Source: Chiloscyllium plagiosum
Lineage: Eukaryota
DNA length: 64,000 nt
Reading direction: 5' to 3'
Assembly: GCF_004010195.1 (NCBI RefSeq)
Contig: NC_057719.1
Location: 63,921,196 to 63,985,195, forward strand
Under the pieces are notes generated by a model. The model was not told where the DNA came from and did not search any database. It worked only from the letters and a program-made list of their open reading frames with translations. Numbering within the stretch: position 1 is the first letter of the stretch; each line of letters begins with the position of its first letter. Shown piece after piece: positions 49,960 to 61,041 of the stretch. The translations under genes and the position numbers were made by a program.

Positions 49960-51790
49960 GATATTTACAGACCTTCAATCCTTCAGTACTTTGTCTGTAT
50001 TTGAGGATTAGAAAATGTTCCTTCGGGCATCTGTTATTTCCTTCTCTACTTCCTTTAAGAGACTTGGATGCAACTTATCTAGCTGTGATGATTTATATTT
50101 GAGGATGTTAGTCCATTACTTCCCCTTGACTTATGCTTATTGTTTCTAATGCTTTGCACTGACCCTTAACTAGAGTCTTTGTGAAGAAGGAGGTAAAGTA
50201 CTTAAGAACCCTGGATACATCCCCTGCAACCATGAAGAATAAATTGCTTTGTGAATTTCTGATGGGCCACATCCTTTTCCTTAGTTATCTTCTTACTTTT
50301 AATGTGCTGAGAAAACATCATTGTGTTTGCTTTGATATTATCTGTTAGTATTTTCTCAATTCCTCTCTTTGCTTTCCTAGTTTCCTTTTACTTCACTCTC
50401 TACTTTTCTATACTCCTACATCATTAGGTATTTTTTGACTGTTGAAAGCTTTCTTTTTCTGCTTTATCTTTTCTGGATAACCAGGGTATTCTACATTTGG
50501 CAGTACCACTGTTTTTCTTTGTGGAGTCATGGACTGTGCTCATAGAATCTCTTTTCAACTGATATTTTTCTCCAAGTAACTGCAACCAGTCTACTTGCGT
50601 CAGATAACCTTTGAGCCTCAAAAGAAAATTGTCTCTACCTAATTTGGAAGCTTTAATCCTGTTATATCTTTGTCCCTTTTCATAATGTTGCTAAATCTAA
50701 CTGTGTTATAGTCACTGTCTCCAAAATGGTTCCCCACAGCTACTTTGTCCACTTGCTCAGCTCCATTTCATCAGAATAGATCCACCATTGCACACTCACT
50801 CTCATTGAACCTGTTTTATGCTGACAAGAAAAGATCTCTTGAATACAGTTCAAGAATTTTGTGCCCTCCTTTTTTTTTTCTCACAGTTTACATTCTTGTT
50901 AGGTAGTGCCTCTAGCTATTATTACCTTTATTGTTGTTGCAGTCTGAAAACAGCCCACGTATTTGCAGTTCTATCTCTCTCCCACTTTTTGGCAGTCTGT
51001 TTCACTCCTATCTGTGCGGTTGTTCTTTTTTTTCCCACTTCTGAGCTAAACCCATGTGACGTCACTTGATTGATTTAGTATATCATCCTTCCTGACAGCT
51101 GTAATTGATATCTTCACCATTAATGCTACACCTTTTTTTAAAAATTCTCCTCTATCTTTCCTGAAATTCTACAGCCTCACTTTAAGTCAATTAAGTCATA
51201 TGACAATAATATCAGCATCTTCAGTTCATTGGCCTTATCTGCTAAACTTGCATGTGCATTTATACCTTTTGCATTGCAAAATTCGTGTTGTTGACTTTTT
51301 AAACCTTTGCTGCTTCTGTCTTTCAGAGTTGCTCACTAACTTTCTGTCTCCTATTGCCTGCTCTGAATTTGTCTGATCTGAATCGGCCCTCTAGTTTCCA
51401 TCTCTCTGCCAATCTAATTTAAACCCATTCCTTAATAGCAAATCTCCCTGTAAAGCTATTCGTCCCACTACTGTTCAGGTGGACATTGCATGGCTTGTTT
51501 TGGTACCACCGTCCAAGACTTGGTTCAGGTGTGTCAGAAAACTGATGCCTTTCTTTCTACATCGGCCTTCCAGTCTCCTATTCAATCACTCAATTCTCCT
51601 ATTTCTATGTCCATTTGCTCTTGCAAATTGGGATAATCTTAAGATATTGCTTTTGAGGTGCTACTTTTTATTCTCCTTCCTTTCTCCTGAAAATTTACTC
51701 TCGCGACCTCCTCCTTTCCTGTTTAAGTCATAGGTACCAACATGGAACTCTGTTTATCCTCTTCCAGAGTGATGTCTTTGAGCTGTTCTC
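49960..51790 (-). mobile_element. Older CR1 fragment (ORF1 end / endonuclease / linker)
   Basis: gttatagtcactgtctccaaaatggttcccc (minus EPFWRxSDYN-like), tttaaacccattcc, ggtaccaacatgga; heavily decayed. Confidence 0.6.
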
Positions 51791-51975
51791 TACTTATAAC
51801 TTAATATAATTTGAAGTCTTTGATTGTGTTGTCATTTGCATGAATATTGGAGTTTCAATGCTCCATAAAATAGGATTTTTTTTTATGTGTTCATTTCTTA
51901 AATAAGTATTTTACTTGTACTATTTGTAAGTTCTTGTCGAAGCTCATATTCTTAATTCACTTCTTTCTTCGACAG

Positions 51976-52166
51976 AGGTTGCTGTGTTTAAACAGACAAT
52001 GTAGTGGGAATGCACAACATTCCACTAAAGTGCGTTCATTTAATTGATGCCAAAGTTGTTGCTACCATGTACGCAATTCTAGATTACAGCATTTAAAATG
52101 TCAAAAAACATGGTTCTGTGGACATCTGTCTTGATGGACTGAAGCTTAAGTCACTCAATAATCAAA
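51976..52166 (+). other. Candidate 191-nt non-coding exon with uORFs
   Basis: Branch-like cttaat, pyrimidine tract ttctttcttcgacag|, donor CAAA|GTAAGA; unique sequence between two repeats; no ATG-initiated frame stays open at the donor. Confidence 0.45.
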
Positions 52167-52244
52167 GTAAGAAGTTTGTCCCATTGCTGCATTGTCATGG
52201 CAGCATGTCAGTGAAGTTCTGGCTTGAAATGTTTGAATTTGACA

Positions 52245-52750
52245 AAAATCGCAAGCAGAAAAACAAAATATTTCAGCTTCTGGCGATCTAAAACAAAAAC
52301 AGTGATTGAAAAACTCACCATCTGTACTAAGAATATTTTGAGTCTAATGTGACTTTTCTTCAGAAGTGAAGAATTAGAAATGAGATGGATTTTAAGCTGT
52401 TGATGAAAGGGAGAGTATTCTGGTGGACGCAAGAGATGGTTAGATGTACTTTTAGAGGGCAGGAACGATTAAAGGTATCATAGAGCAAAAGTTATTTGAG
52501 TCTTAATGGTAGTAATAAAGGAACGAAGTGCTCAGGAATAATTATTAATAGTGGAAACGTGATGCATTTCCACATCAAAGCCAAAACATAAGAATAGGTT
52601 ATAGACTAACACTGGGGAAAAACACATTTTTCAAATGGAGGACAAAGTTTGTTCTGAAGTTGTTGAACTTGATACTGGAACCAGAAAGATGTGATATGAC
52701 TATTTGACAGATGAGGTGTGCTCTTTGAGCTTGCATGGGCTTCACCAGAA
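52245..52750 (-). mobile_element. Old Penelope-like 3' fragment
   Basis: pLTR-like ctaaaacaaaaacag...gtgacttttcttcagaa and gttgaacttgatactggaaccagaaagatgt...gatgaggtgtgctctttgagcttg (reverse of the KLEEQHLIF region at 25046-25115). Confidence 0.6.
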
Positions 52751-53511
52751 TGGGGCTGATGTCCGAAGGGGCATAGTTGCTGTTGCGGTTGGGTAACATT
52801 TAAACTAAAGTGGTAGGAACTGGCACTTATACAGGGAGATAGGAGGGAGGGAAACGAGGTCAAAAACAAAAGATAAAATGGGAAACTCAACAAGTGAAAG
52901 GCCGAGAATTAAAACTTGACAGTCAGAAAGGACCACAAAGCAAAATAATACAAATGGGCCTAAGAATGTTAGAGAGACAAACCTTCAGGTCTTGTGCCTT
53001 AATACATAGAGCATTAGTTGAATTTGATGTGGAAGTAGATATAGATATAGATGGGTATTATAAAGGTGGGATTACAGATGTGACTCTGGTGACCAGGGAT
53101 GGAACCTGAATATTCAGGAGTATTCAGTATTTAGGAAGGACAGACAGAAAGGAATAGGGTTAATTTTGGTGATTAAAGAGGACGTTAACAGCAATAGGAA
53201 GGGAGGAAGGATATTAGTTCTGGTGGTGGAATATGTATAGATAAAGCTTAGAAACACAGGCAGAAATCGATTATTGGGGGTTAAAGTGGTAATGTTGGGG
53301 AAGGCATTAAGCAAGAAATTATAGATGCAAACAATAAACATACTGCTGTAGTTATGAAAAGTTTTAATCTGCATATTATTTGGGCAAATCACGTGAGGCA
53401 CACTAACGTAGAGGAGGAACTCCTGGAGTGTTTGTGTGATAGTTTTGAGTCAATACTTTGAGGAACATATTGAATCCCAGACTGGGCATTGTGTAATGAA
53501 AAAGGAATAAT

Positions 53512-53636
53512 TCAGATATCTGAAGAAATCTGAACCCAAAGCGTTAAATCTGATTTCTCCCCACAGATGCTGCCAAACCTACTGAGCCTGTCCAGCAATT
53601 TCTGTTCTTGTTTCTGATTTCCAGCATCCACAGTTC
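53512..53636 (+). mobile_element. Penelope pLTR remnant nested in CR1
   Basis: ctgaagaaatctgaacccaaagcgttaaatctgatttctccccacagatgctgccaaacctactgag...gatttccagcatccacagttc. Confidence 0.7.
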
Positions 53637-53855
53637 ATAGAATCCTAGAATCCTACAGTATGGAAACAGGCCCTTTGGCCCAGCAAGTCCACACCGACCT
53701 CGTGAAGAGTAACCTACCCAGACCCATTACCCTACATTTACCCTTAACTAATGCACCAAATCACCTCGTCCCTGAGCACTATGGACAATTTAGCTTGGCC
53801 AATTCACCTAACCTGTGCCTCTTTGGATTGATGGAGGAAACCGAAGCACCCGGAT
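53637..53855 (-). mobile_element. HE1-type V-SINE, 3' part
   Basis: atagaatcctagaatcctacagtatggaaacaggccctttggccc...ggccaattcacctaacctg...ggaggaaaccgaagcaccc. Confidence 0.85.
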
Positions 53856-54090
53856 GGTAATCTAGATGTTTGAGGCTCCTTGAAGAGTGATTTTAATATG
53901 ATAGAATTCTTCATTTAAGAAGGAGATATGGGACTCTGCAAGATGGCAGTGATTCAGTAGAACTGTCGTGGACTCCTCTGCCTAAAAGTCAAGGAATATT
54001 GTGTTTTTTAACCATCCCTGGCCAATTTATATGGAGGAATTGTTAATTTAAAAACTTGAACACATTCATTGGCAATTTGGAGTAGAAAGG

Positions 54091-54942
54091 ATGCCAAAAG
54101 GAAAGAGAGCGAGCAAACAGCAAGAAGGACACTCCCCTGCAGCACCAGGCACGCCAGAGGTCCCAGCAGCGGCCTCTCCAGAACCCCCGGGAGATCTGAC
54201 GGACTCTCAGGAATTGGCAGCGGCGATAGCGAGACTTCGCTCGAAGTTTGAGGCTGTGATCGAGGATATCCGTGCCCAGGTCCAACCCATTGCATCCATG
54301 CTGCAGAAGCTCCAGGGCCTCTGAGTGGATGGAGGAGGTGGAGGGTCAAACCACGTCCTCGAAGCAGCTATCAAATCCTCATCTGCACAAATCCAGGTAC
54401 TGGAGCAGGAAATCCGGGCTTTGCAAGATCACGTTGCGACCTCAAATTGAGGTTGGAGGACAAATCTTCGGATTGTCAGGCTCCCAGAAGGTGAAGAAGG
54501 TGAGCAACCAGTCAGCTTGTTTGAAAACTTGCTGCTGCAGTTCCTAGACCTTCAAATTGAATCTGGACGGCTGTATATTGAAAGGGCCTATCGGGTGGCA
54601 GTGCGCAGGTCTGGGCCAGTGCAGTGCCCCCTCCCAGTCCTAGTGCATTTCCTCACCTACAGAGTCGAGCAAAGAGTGATAGAAGCCTTCAGATTACTGG
54701 TGAAAAATCCACAGGCACTGCTGCACAAGGGGTCAAAAATCATGTTTTTCCAGGATCTCTCGGCAGCTGTAATTCGAAAGAGGAAATCCTTTGAAGTTAA
54801 AAAGAGGCTGAGGAACCTGGGCATCCAGTACTCCATGAGGTACCCTGCGGTGCTCCATTTCAGCAACGAGGACGCAATTTATACATTTGACTCGGTGGAT
54901 AAAGCCAAGAACTTTATAGACATTTCAAAACAGACCGATTAG
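54091..54942 (+). pseudogene. L1 ORF1p remnant (frameshifted)
   Basis: MPKGKRASK..., RQNLRIVRLPEGEEG, IERAYRV, PVLVHFL, IMFFQDLSAAVIRKRKSF..KKRL, YSMRYPAVL match L1 ORF1p RRM/CTD motifs. Confidence 0.88.
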
Positions 54943-55530
54943 GTCTGAAGAATGCGGTTAATGTTCATCCTCTTTTTCCTTCTTTCCCTGTGTTTTCCCT
55001 TTTCCCCTTTTTTCTCTCTGCCTAATAATTTTTAAAAAATAAACAAATCTTGAAATATGTTCCTTTATTTTAATAACTGGATTTTATCATGGGAAATTTT
55101 GTTAGTGCACTTTGTTGTTTTCCCTTTTTGTTTTGTTCTTTTTCTCTTTTAGTAACAAGTAGGGGTGACGTGGAGCTGGGATGGATGGAGTGCTTATCCT
55201 GACTTTGTCTCCTTTTGTTGACTTAAGGATTGTCTCCTTGTTTATTTACTTTTTTTTGCCTAAGGCTGGGGCATGGTCCACACCTGAAGAAGCTGTGCAG
55301 TAGGGGTTGAGTAGGTTGAGTGACCCCTATGGGTTGGGGAGGTTTGGGGAGTCTACCATTCAAGGTGTTATAGTTGGTTTTCTTTGTAGTTTTTGATAGC
55401 AATAGTTGTTTGTAGTTATGGTAGAGTAGGTTTTGTAGACCATTCTGCGACTGAGTCTCCATTTACTTGTGCTCGGCGCATTGCAAGCAGGGTTCTCCCT
55501 CCTGGGGTTTAAGGGTCTCTGAAAGGGGAT

Positions 55531-58460
55531 ATGGCTAGGTGTCTTGTTAAATGGTGCACCTGGAACATCAAGGGAAGTCAAAAAGAAACAGGAAATGGGT
55601 TGATATCGCACTGTTGCAGGAAACCCATCTTGACGATGGGGAACACCTGAAGTTACAACAGGGACTTATGATCAGGTATTCTTTTCATCGTTTACCACTA
55701 AAAGTGGGGGAGTGACTGTAATTATCTAGAAAAAGTTTCCATTCACATTATTAGAGCAATTGAAAGATGAGCAGGGTAGTTTATGATACTTAAGGCCCTG
55801 ATACATGGGGAGGAATATGGCATTTTAAATGTCTACTGTTCTCCGGTGCATCCCCTCAAATGTTTGGTTAGTGCCTTTTCTAAGTGGAGTGCTTTTGGAA
55901 CACGGCACATTTTTATACGGGGGGGAATTCAATTGTCTTTTTGGATCCGACAGTGGACAGGATACCTTGTGGGCCCCCGACAAATTTCTTCGCAGGCCAA
56001 GCAGGTGGCTGACTTGTGCGAAGAGTTGGGGCTGCTGGACATTTGGAGATATCTTCATTCTACCGGCAGGGACTTCACCTTTTTTTAAAACCCACATAAA
56101 TGTCACATGAGGATTGATTAATTTTTTCTTTGGCTCCCTCGGCCCTTTTGGATTCAATTATGGGTTGTAAAATTAGGAACATAGCTATCTCTGATTACAT
56201 GGCGTTAACCTCCAAATATACCACCAAGAGTGAGGGACTAGGTTTGCGGCACTGGCATGTGGATCCTTTTCTCCTTAAGGATTCCAAATTTGTGGAATAC
56301 TTTTTTAGCAAGTTTCAGGAGTTCTTGACTATCAATTCCAGCGTGGCTAGTAGTCCATCTATGCTATTGGAGACTGCTTAGGCCTTTGCTAGGGGATTAG
56401 TTATTTCTTATTCGGCTAGCCGGAAACAACAGAAGGGGGAGCAGCAGGGGGAGCAACTTGAGATATGGCTGAAAGCCACTGAGGTGGCACGTTTAATGAG
56501 TCCTTCGAGGACCAAGCTACAATGGATCGCAACCCTTCAGGCTGCCTTGAATTCAATACTTGCACAAACTGCAAAGAAAGAACTTGCTTTTGCTAGACAA
56601 AGGCTATTCGAGTATGGGGATAGGCCAGGAAAGTATTTAGCATATTTATCTGATAGCTCCCCAATCCATTACTGCAGTTAGAGACAGCGCTGGGGTCCTT
56701 AGGTATGATGCCAAAAGGATTAATGAGGCTTTCAGAGTATTTACTCTGAATTGTATCGATCTGAAGGTTGTGAGGATAAGAGGGCCAAGATGGAAGCCTT
56801 TAACAGCCTGGACCTCCTGGGGGTAACCCTGGAACAGACCTCTCTCATTAATGCCCCCTTGACAGTTCAGGAAATACAGGAGGCAGCTAGGCAACTTCAG
56901 AGTGAGAAGGCGCCTGACCCTGATGGTGAGTTTTACAAGGGGTTTATAGGGATTCTGTCAGAGCCGATGCTGGAAATGTGCAATCGTTCCTATGTGCATG
57001 AATGCCTACCACCATCTTTGAGAGAAGCTAATATTTCCCTCTTAAGGGGAAGATTCCTGAGGATTGTGCCTCATACAGGCCCATCTCTCTATTAAGTTCA
57101 GATTTTAGATTCTGTCTAAAAGTTTGGCACTGGGATTGGAGAAGGTATTGCCCTATATTTTCAGAGGACCAGACAGCCTTTATAAGGGGCTGTAGGTCTT
57201 CTAATAATATTAGAAGATTGCTGAATATAATCAATTCAGCAATAATCAATTCAGGGGTTGGTAATTTCCTTAGATGCAGAAAAAGCATTTGACCAGGTGA
57301 AATTGCTGCATCTATTTTCTGTCTTAGAGCAGTTTGGTTTGGGTGGGGTCTTTGCTAGGTGGGTGGAAGTTTTATTTCGCCACCCTCTGGCTGCAGTCAT
57401 CGCCAACGGGGTGAAGTCTGGGAACTTTAGGATTGGCAGGGGTAGTTGTTAAGATTGACCCCTCTCTTCATTGTTTACGTTGGTGATAGAGCCGCTGGCA
57501 GAGGCCATTCGTTAGAATGTCCACATAATCTCTCCGAAAGTGGGATCGAAGGTACATAAGATCACACTGTACGTGGATGATGTCCTTCTGTTTTTATCGG
57601 ACCTGATGACCTCCATACCCCCATCTGATACAATGTACTAATTCATTTGGGGATATTTCAGGATATAAGATCAACTTTGCAAAGTTGAAGGCTATGCCTT
57701 TGGGGGACCTCAAGGAAGTGCCAGAGATTGAAGGTGGTCGTAGGTATCGGGAATCCACCCTTTAAGTGGTCACAGGTGGATTCCCGATAACTAGGTTTCT
57801 TTGTTACTCCCATGTTTGATCAGATATTTCGGACTAATGTTGCTCACCTGCTCGACAATGTTAAGCGGGATCTTCAGAGATGGGAGGCTCTTCCAATTTC
57901 GTGGTTGGGCCGAATTGCCCTTAAGATAAATATCCTCCCTCGCTTGCTTGAATATAATATTTCCCAGGTTGTGGGAACGTATGTGTTGGTTTAGTTCCTT
58001 TGTCTGGCATCATGCGCAGCCCCTCATCAAACTTACTAAATTGCAGTTCCCTCAAGGATGGGCAGGAGTTGATTTCCCAGATATCAGGAGGTGTCAAGTG
58101 AGTTCCATGCTGCTTTTTGTGTGAGATTTGGGCAGGTAACGATCCAAGCTCAATATGGTGGATATTGAAGCCCCCCCAGGCAAAGTGCCCTCTTATTAGC
58201 TTGTTCATGGATAAGTTGAGGACAGTTATGGATCACTGCCGGAACCCCATTGTTATTAGTGCGGTCAAGGCATGGAAGAGAATGTGTCAGAATGAGGGTT
58301 GCTAATCCAAGACTTCGCCACTCACTCCCATTGTTGGTATGCCAGGGTTCTGACCAGGGATGATGGACTCAGTTCAAATGTTGGGTAGCAAGAGGAGTTT
58401 CCAGTTTGGGAGACTTTGTTTGAGAGGGAGGTTATGATGTCTTTTGAGCAACTGAGCTGA
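55531..58460 (+). pseudogene. L1 ORF2p remnant (APE + RT; many stops/frameshifts; C-terminus apparently missing)
   Basis: MARCLVKWCTWNIKG, DIALLQETHL, LLDIWRYLH..RDFTF, ISDY, KAPDPDG, SLDAEKAFD, LYVDDVLL (57567-57590), LPISWLGRIAL. Confidence 0.9.
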
Positions 58461-59535
58461 GTTAATAAGAGTATATATACAACGCTCCCATTTTTTGTTT
58501 GGGAGCTTTGCGCCAAGCATTGTTATTGTGTTCTTGTTCTTGTTTATTTTTTGTTTTCTTAGTCACTTATTTATTGGTGGTGTTTTGCATAGTGTTTAGT
58601 TTCGTTTTGTATTATAGGGTAGGTTAATAGTTAGTGGACAGTAGTTGTATTGTAATTTGTTTTTTTATTATACTGGTATTTGTTGTTTTCAATAACATTA
58701 CAAAAATATAAAGTCAAAATTCTTTTTGCTAATAAATATATTTACAAAAAAAAATTATGTAGACTCAGAATCCAGTGTAAGAAACTACGATGGTTTGAGA
58801 TGTAAATTTGCTTTGATAAATTGGGGAACATTCCTTAAAGAGATGATGATTGATAGGCAATGACCAATATTTAGAGTGGATGACGGAACTGAAACAATTG
58901 TTCATTCTTGTCTGTCATAAGAATGAAACTGGAAAGTTGGCCTTACTATGGCTAAATAAGCAAAATTAGGGGTGGTAATATATCAAGTAAAAGGAAATAC
59001 AAATTGGTCAAAATAAGCAGCGGACCTTAGTGTTGGGAGCATGGAGCATTTTAGATTTCAGCAAAGGACAAAGGGATTGATTAAGAAGCAGTACAAGAGT
59101 GGTCATGCGATGAACATACAAACTGATTAAAAGAATTTCTATAAGTATGTGAAGAGAAAAAGTTTAGTCATGGCAAATGTAGGACCCTTACAGTCAGAAA
59201 CCAGGGAATTTATAATGGAGAGTAAAGAGATAGCAGACAAATTGAGTACATACTTTGGTTCTGCCTTCACAAAGGAGGGCACGAATCGTGCCCAAAAATG
59301 TTGGTGAGGACTGGATCCAGGAAATAGAGAAACTGCAGGAAATTAATGTTAATAGGCAAATAGTTTTGGGAAAATTGATGGGATTAAAGTCTGATAAATC
59401 CCCAGGGTCTGAGAACCCCACTATTTTAAAAAGAATAGAAGCAGAAGAGGGAAAAGGGAATTATAGACCAATTAACCTCACGTCAGTAATGTGGAAAAAT
59501 GCTAGATTTCATTATAAAAGACTTAATAGACCAGT

Positions 59536-59669
59536 CGCTGGAAAAGCTCAGCAGGTCAGGCAGCATCCAAGGAGCAGGAGAATCTCCTTGGAGGCTGCCT
59601 GACCTGCTGCACTTTTCACATTTTTTCAGCTCTGATCTCCAGCATCCGCAGTCCTCACTTTCTCCTCCT
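59536..59669. mobile_element. 134-bp fold-back Penelope pLTR insertion with 13-bp TSD
   Basis: ttaatagaccagt at 59523-59535 and 59670-59682; internal inverted arms cagcaggtcaggcagc / gctgcctgacctgctg. Confidence 0.85.
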
Positions 59670-60048
59670 TTAATAGACCAGTTGGCAAACTAAAATGATT
59701 GAACAGATTCAGCATGGATTTACGAAAGAACACACTTGACAAATCTTCTAGAATTTTTCAAGGATGCATTAGTAGAGTTGACAAAGGGGAGGCAGGGATG
59801 TGTTTAACTTGGACTTCAGAAGGCTTTCAAGACAGTCCTATGTCAGAAATTCGCATATAAAATTAAAGCAGCTGGGTAAGAGGATAATATAGAGAACTGA
59901 TTGGCAGACAGGGAATACAGAGCAGGAATAAATTGTCTTTTTCCAAGTAGCAGGCACTGACTAATGGGGTACCACAGGGATCAGATTTTCGACCTAGCTA
60001 TTCACAATGTATATTAATGATTTAGATGAGGAAACTAAATGTGATACC

Positions 60049-60141
60049 GGATGAGAGGCTTTTGTCTGAAACGTCGATTTTACTGCTCCTTGGATGCTGC
60101 CTGAACTGCTGTGCTTTTCCAGCACCTCTCTCATCTGGATG
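60049..60141 (+). mobile_element. 93-bp Penelope pLTR insertion with 14-bp TSD and decayed hammerhead
   Basis: ctaaatgtgatacc at 60035-60048 and 60142-60155; insert ggatgagaggcttttgtctgaaacgtcga...gatgctgcctgaactgctgtgcttttccagcac. Confidence 0.85.
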
Positions 60142-60445
60142 CTAAATGTGATACCTCCCACGTTTACAGACAACATAAAGCTGCCTGGGAAGGTGAACTG
60201 TGTGGAGGATGCACACATGCTTCCGTGTGATTTGGACAAGTTTTAAGGGCCAGTGCATAGCAGATTAATATAATGTGGATAAATGTGAAGTTATTTACTT
60301 TCATATAAAATGTAAGAAGGCCGATTTTATGATTTGAATGGCATTAGATTGGGAAAGCAGAGTGCAACAAAACCTGGGTGTCCTTGTACACCAATCGCTG
60401 AAGTCGAGCATGCAGGTGCACAGGCTTTGAAGCAGACAACTGACA

Positions 60446-61041
60446 TAGAGTCACAGACATGTACAACACGGAAACAGACCCTTTGGTCCAACACGTCCAT
60501 GTCGTCCAGATATCCCAACCTAATCTAGTCCCACCTGCCAGCACCTGGCCCATACCCCTCCAAACCCTTCCTATTCATATACCCATCTAGATGCCTTTTA
60601 AATGTTGCAATTGTACTATCCTCCACCACTTCCTCTGGCAGCTCGTTTCATACACGTACCTCTCCCAAGTTCCTCCAAGATCAGTTGTGAATTTCACTGT
60701 TTGTTAATTTTCCTGGACTTACTCCGATGTCCAACAATACATGAATTCACAGCAAAGGCAGTAACTGCACAGGTTCACTGCTGTGTCAGTTTGCATTGTG
60801 GGTTTCTTTCACTCTCTCCTGCAATGACCTGACCATGTGCTGCCTTTGTCTGTCCCTCTCCCTTTTAAAAGTTGTTTTGACTTTTTTTTTCTCCAAAGTT
60901 CTAAAACAATGTAACAGCATATAAAGTAATTGCTGCTTCTGGAATTTGAGGAAATCGCCTCCAACACCTAAAATACCTCAAAAAAAAAAGGAGCAGCCTG
61001 TTACAGCCAGAAATGTTTCCCATCCTCCATCTTGGATTACC
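60446..61041 (-). mobile_element. Bipartite insertion: unassigned 5' block joined to a HER1-like CR1 3' end
   Basis: 60446-60660 is the reverse complement of the CR1 3' end (cf. 1655-1872); the host CR1 rejoins cleanly across the whole block (...caactgaca | tgttagccttc). Confidence 0.7.

Larger units (their letters stand above)
53930..58754 (+). mobile_element. Near-full-length decayed L1-clade LINE (5' UTR, ORF1, inter-ORF, ORF2, 3' UTR, polyA)
   Basis: ORF1 remnants, APE and RT motifs, AATAAA at 58731 and A9 tail at 58746-58754; interrupts a CR1. Confidence 0.92.

Noticed and set aside
53917..58759. L1 target-site duplication (aagaaggagatatg versus aaaaaaaaattatg)
   Set aside because: Only tatg and scattered A residues match, which is not enough to call a TSD.
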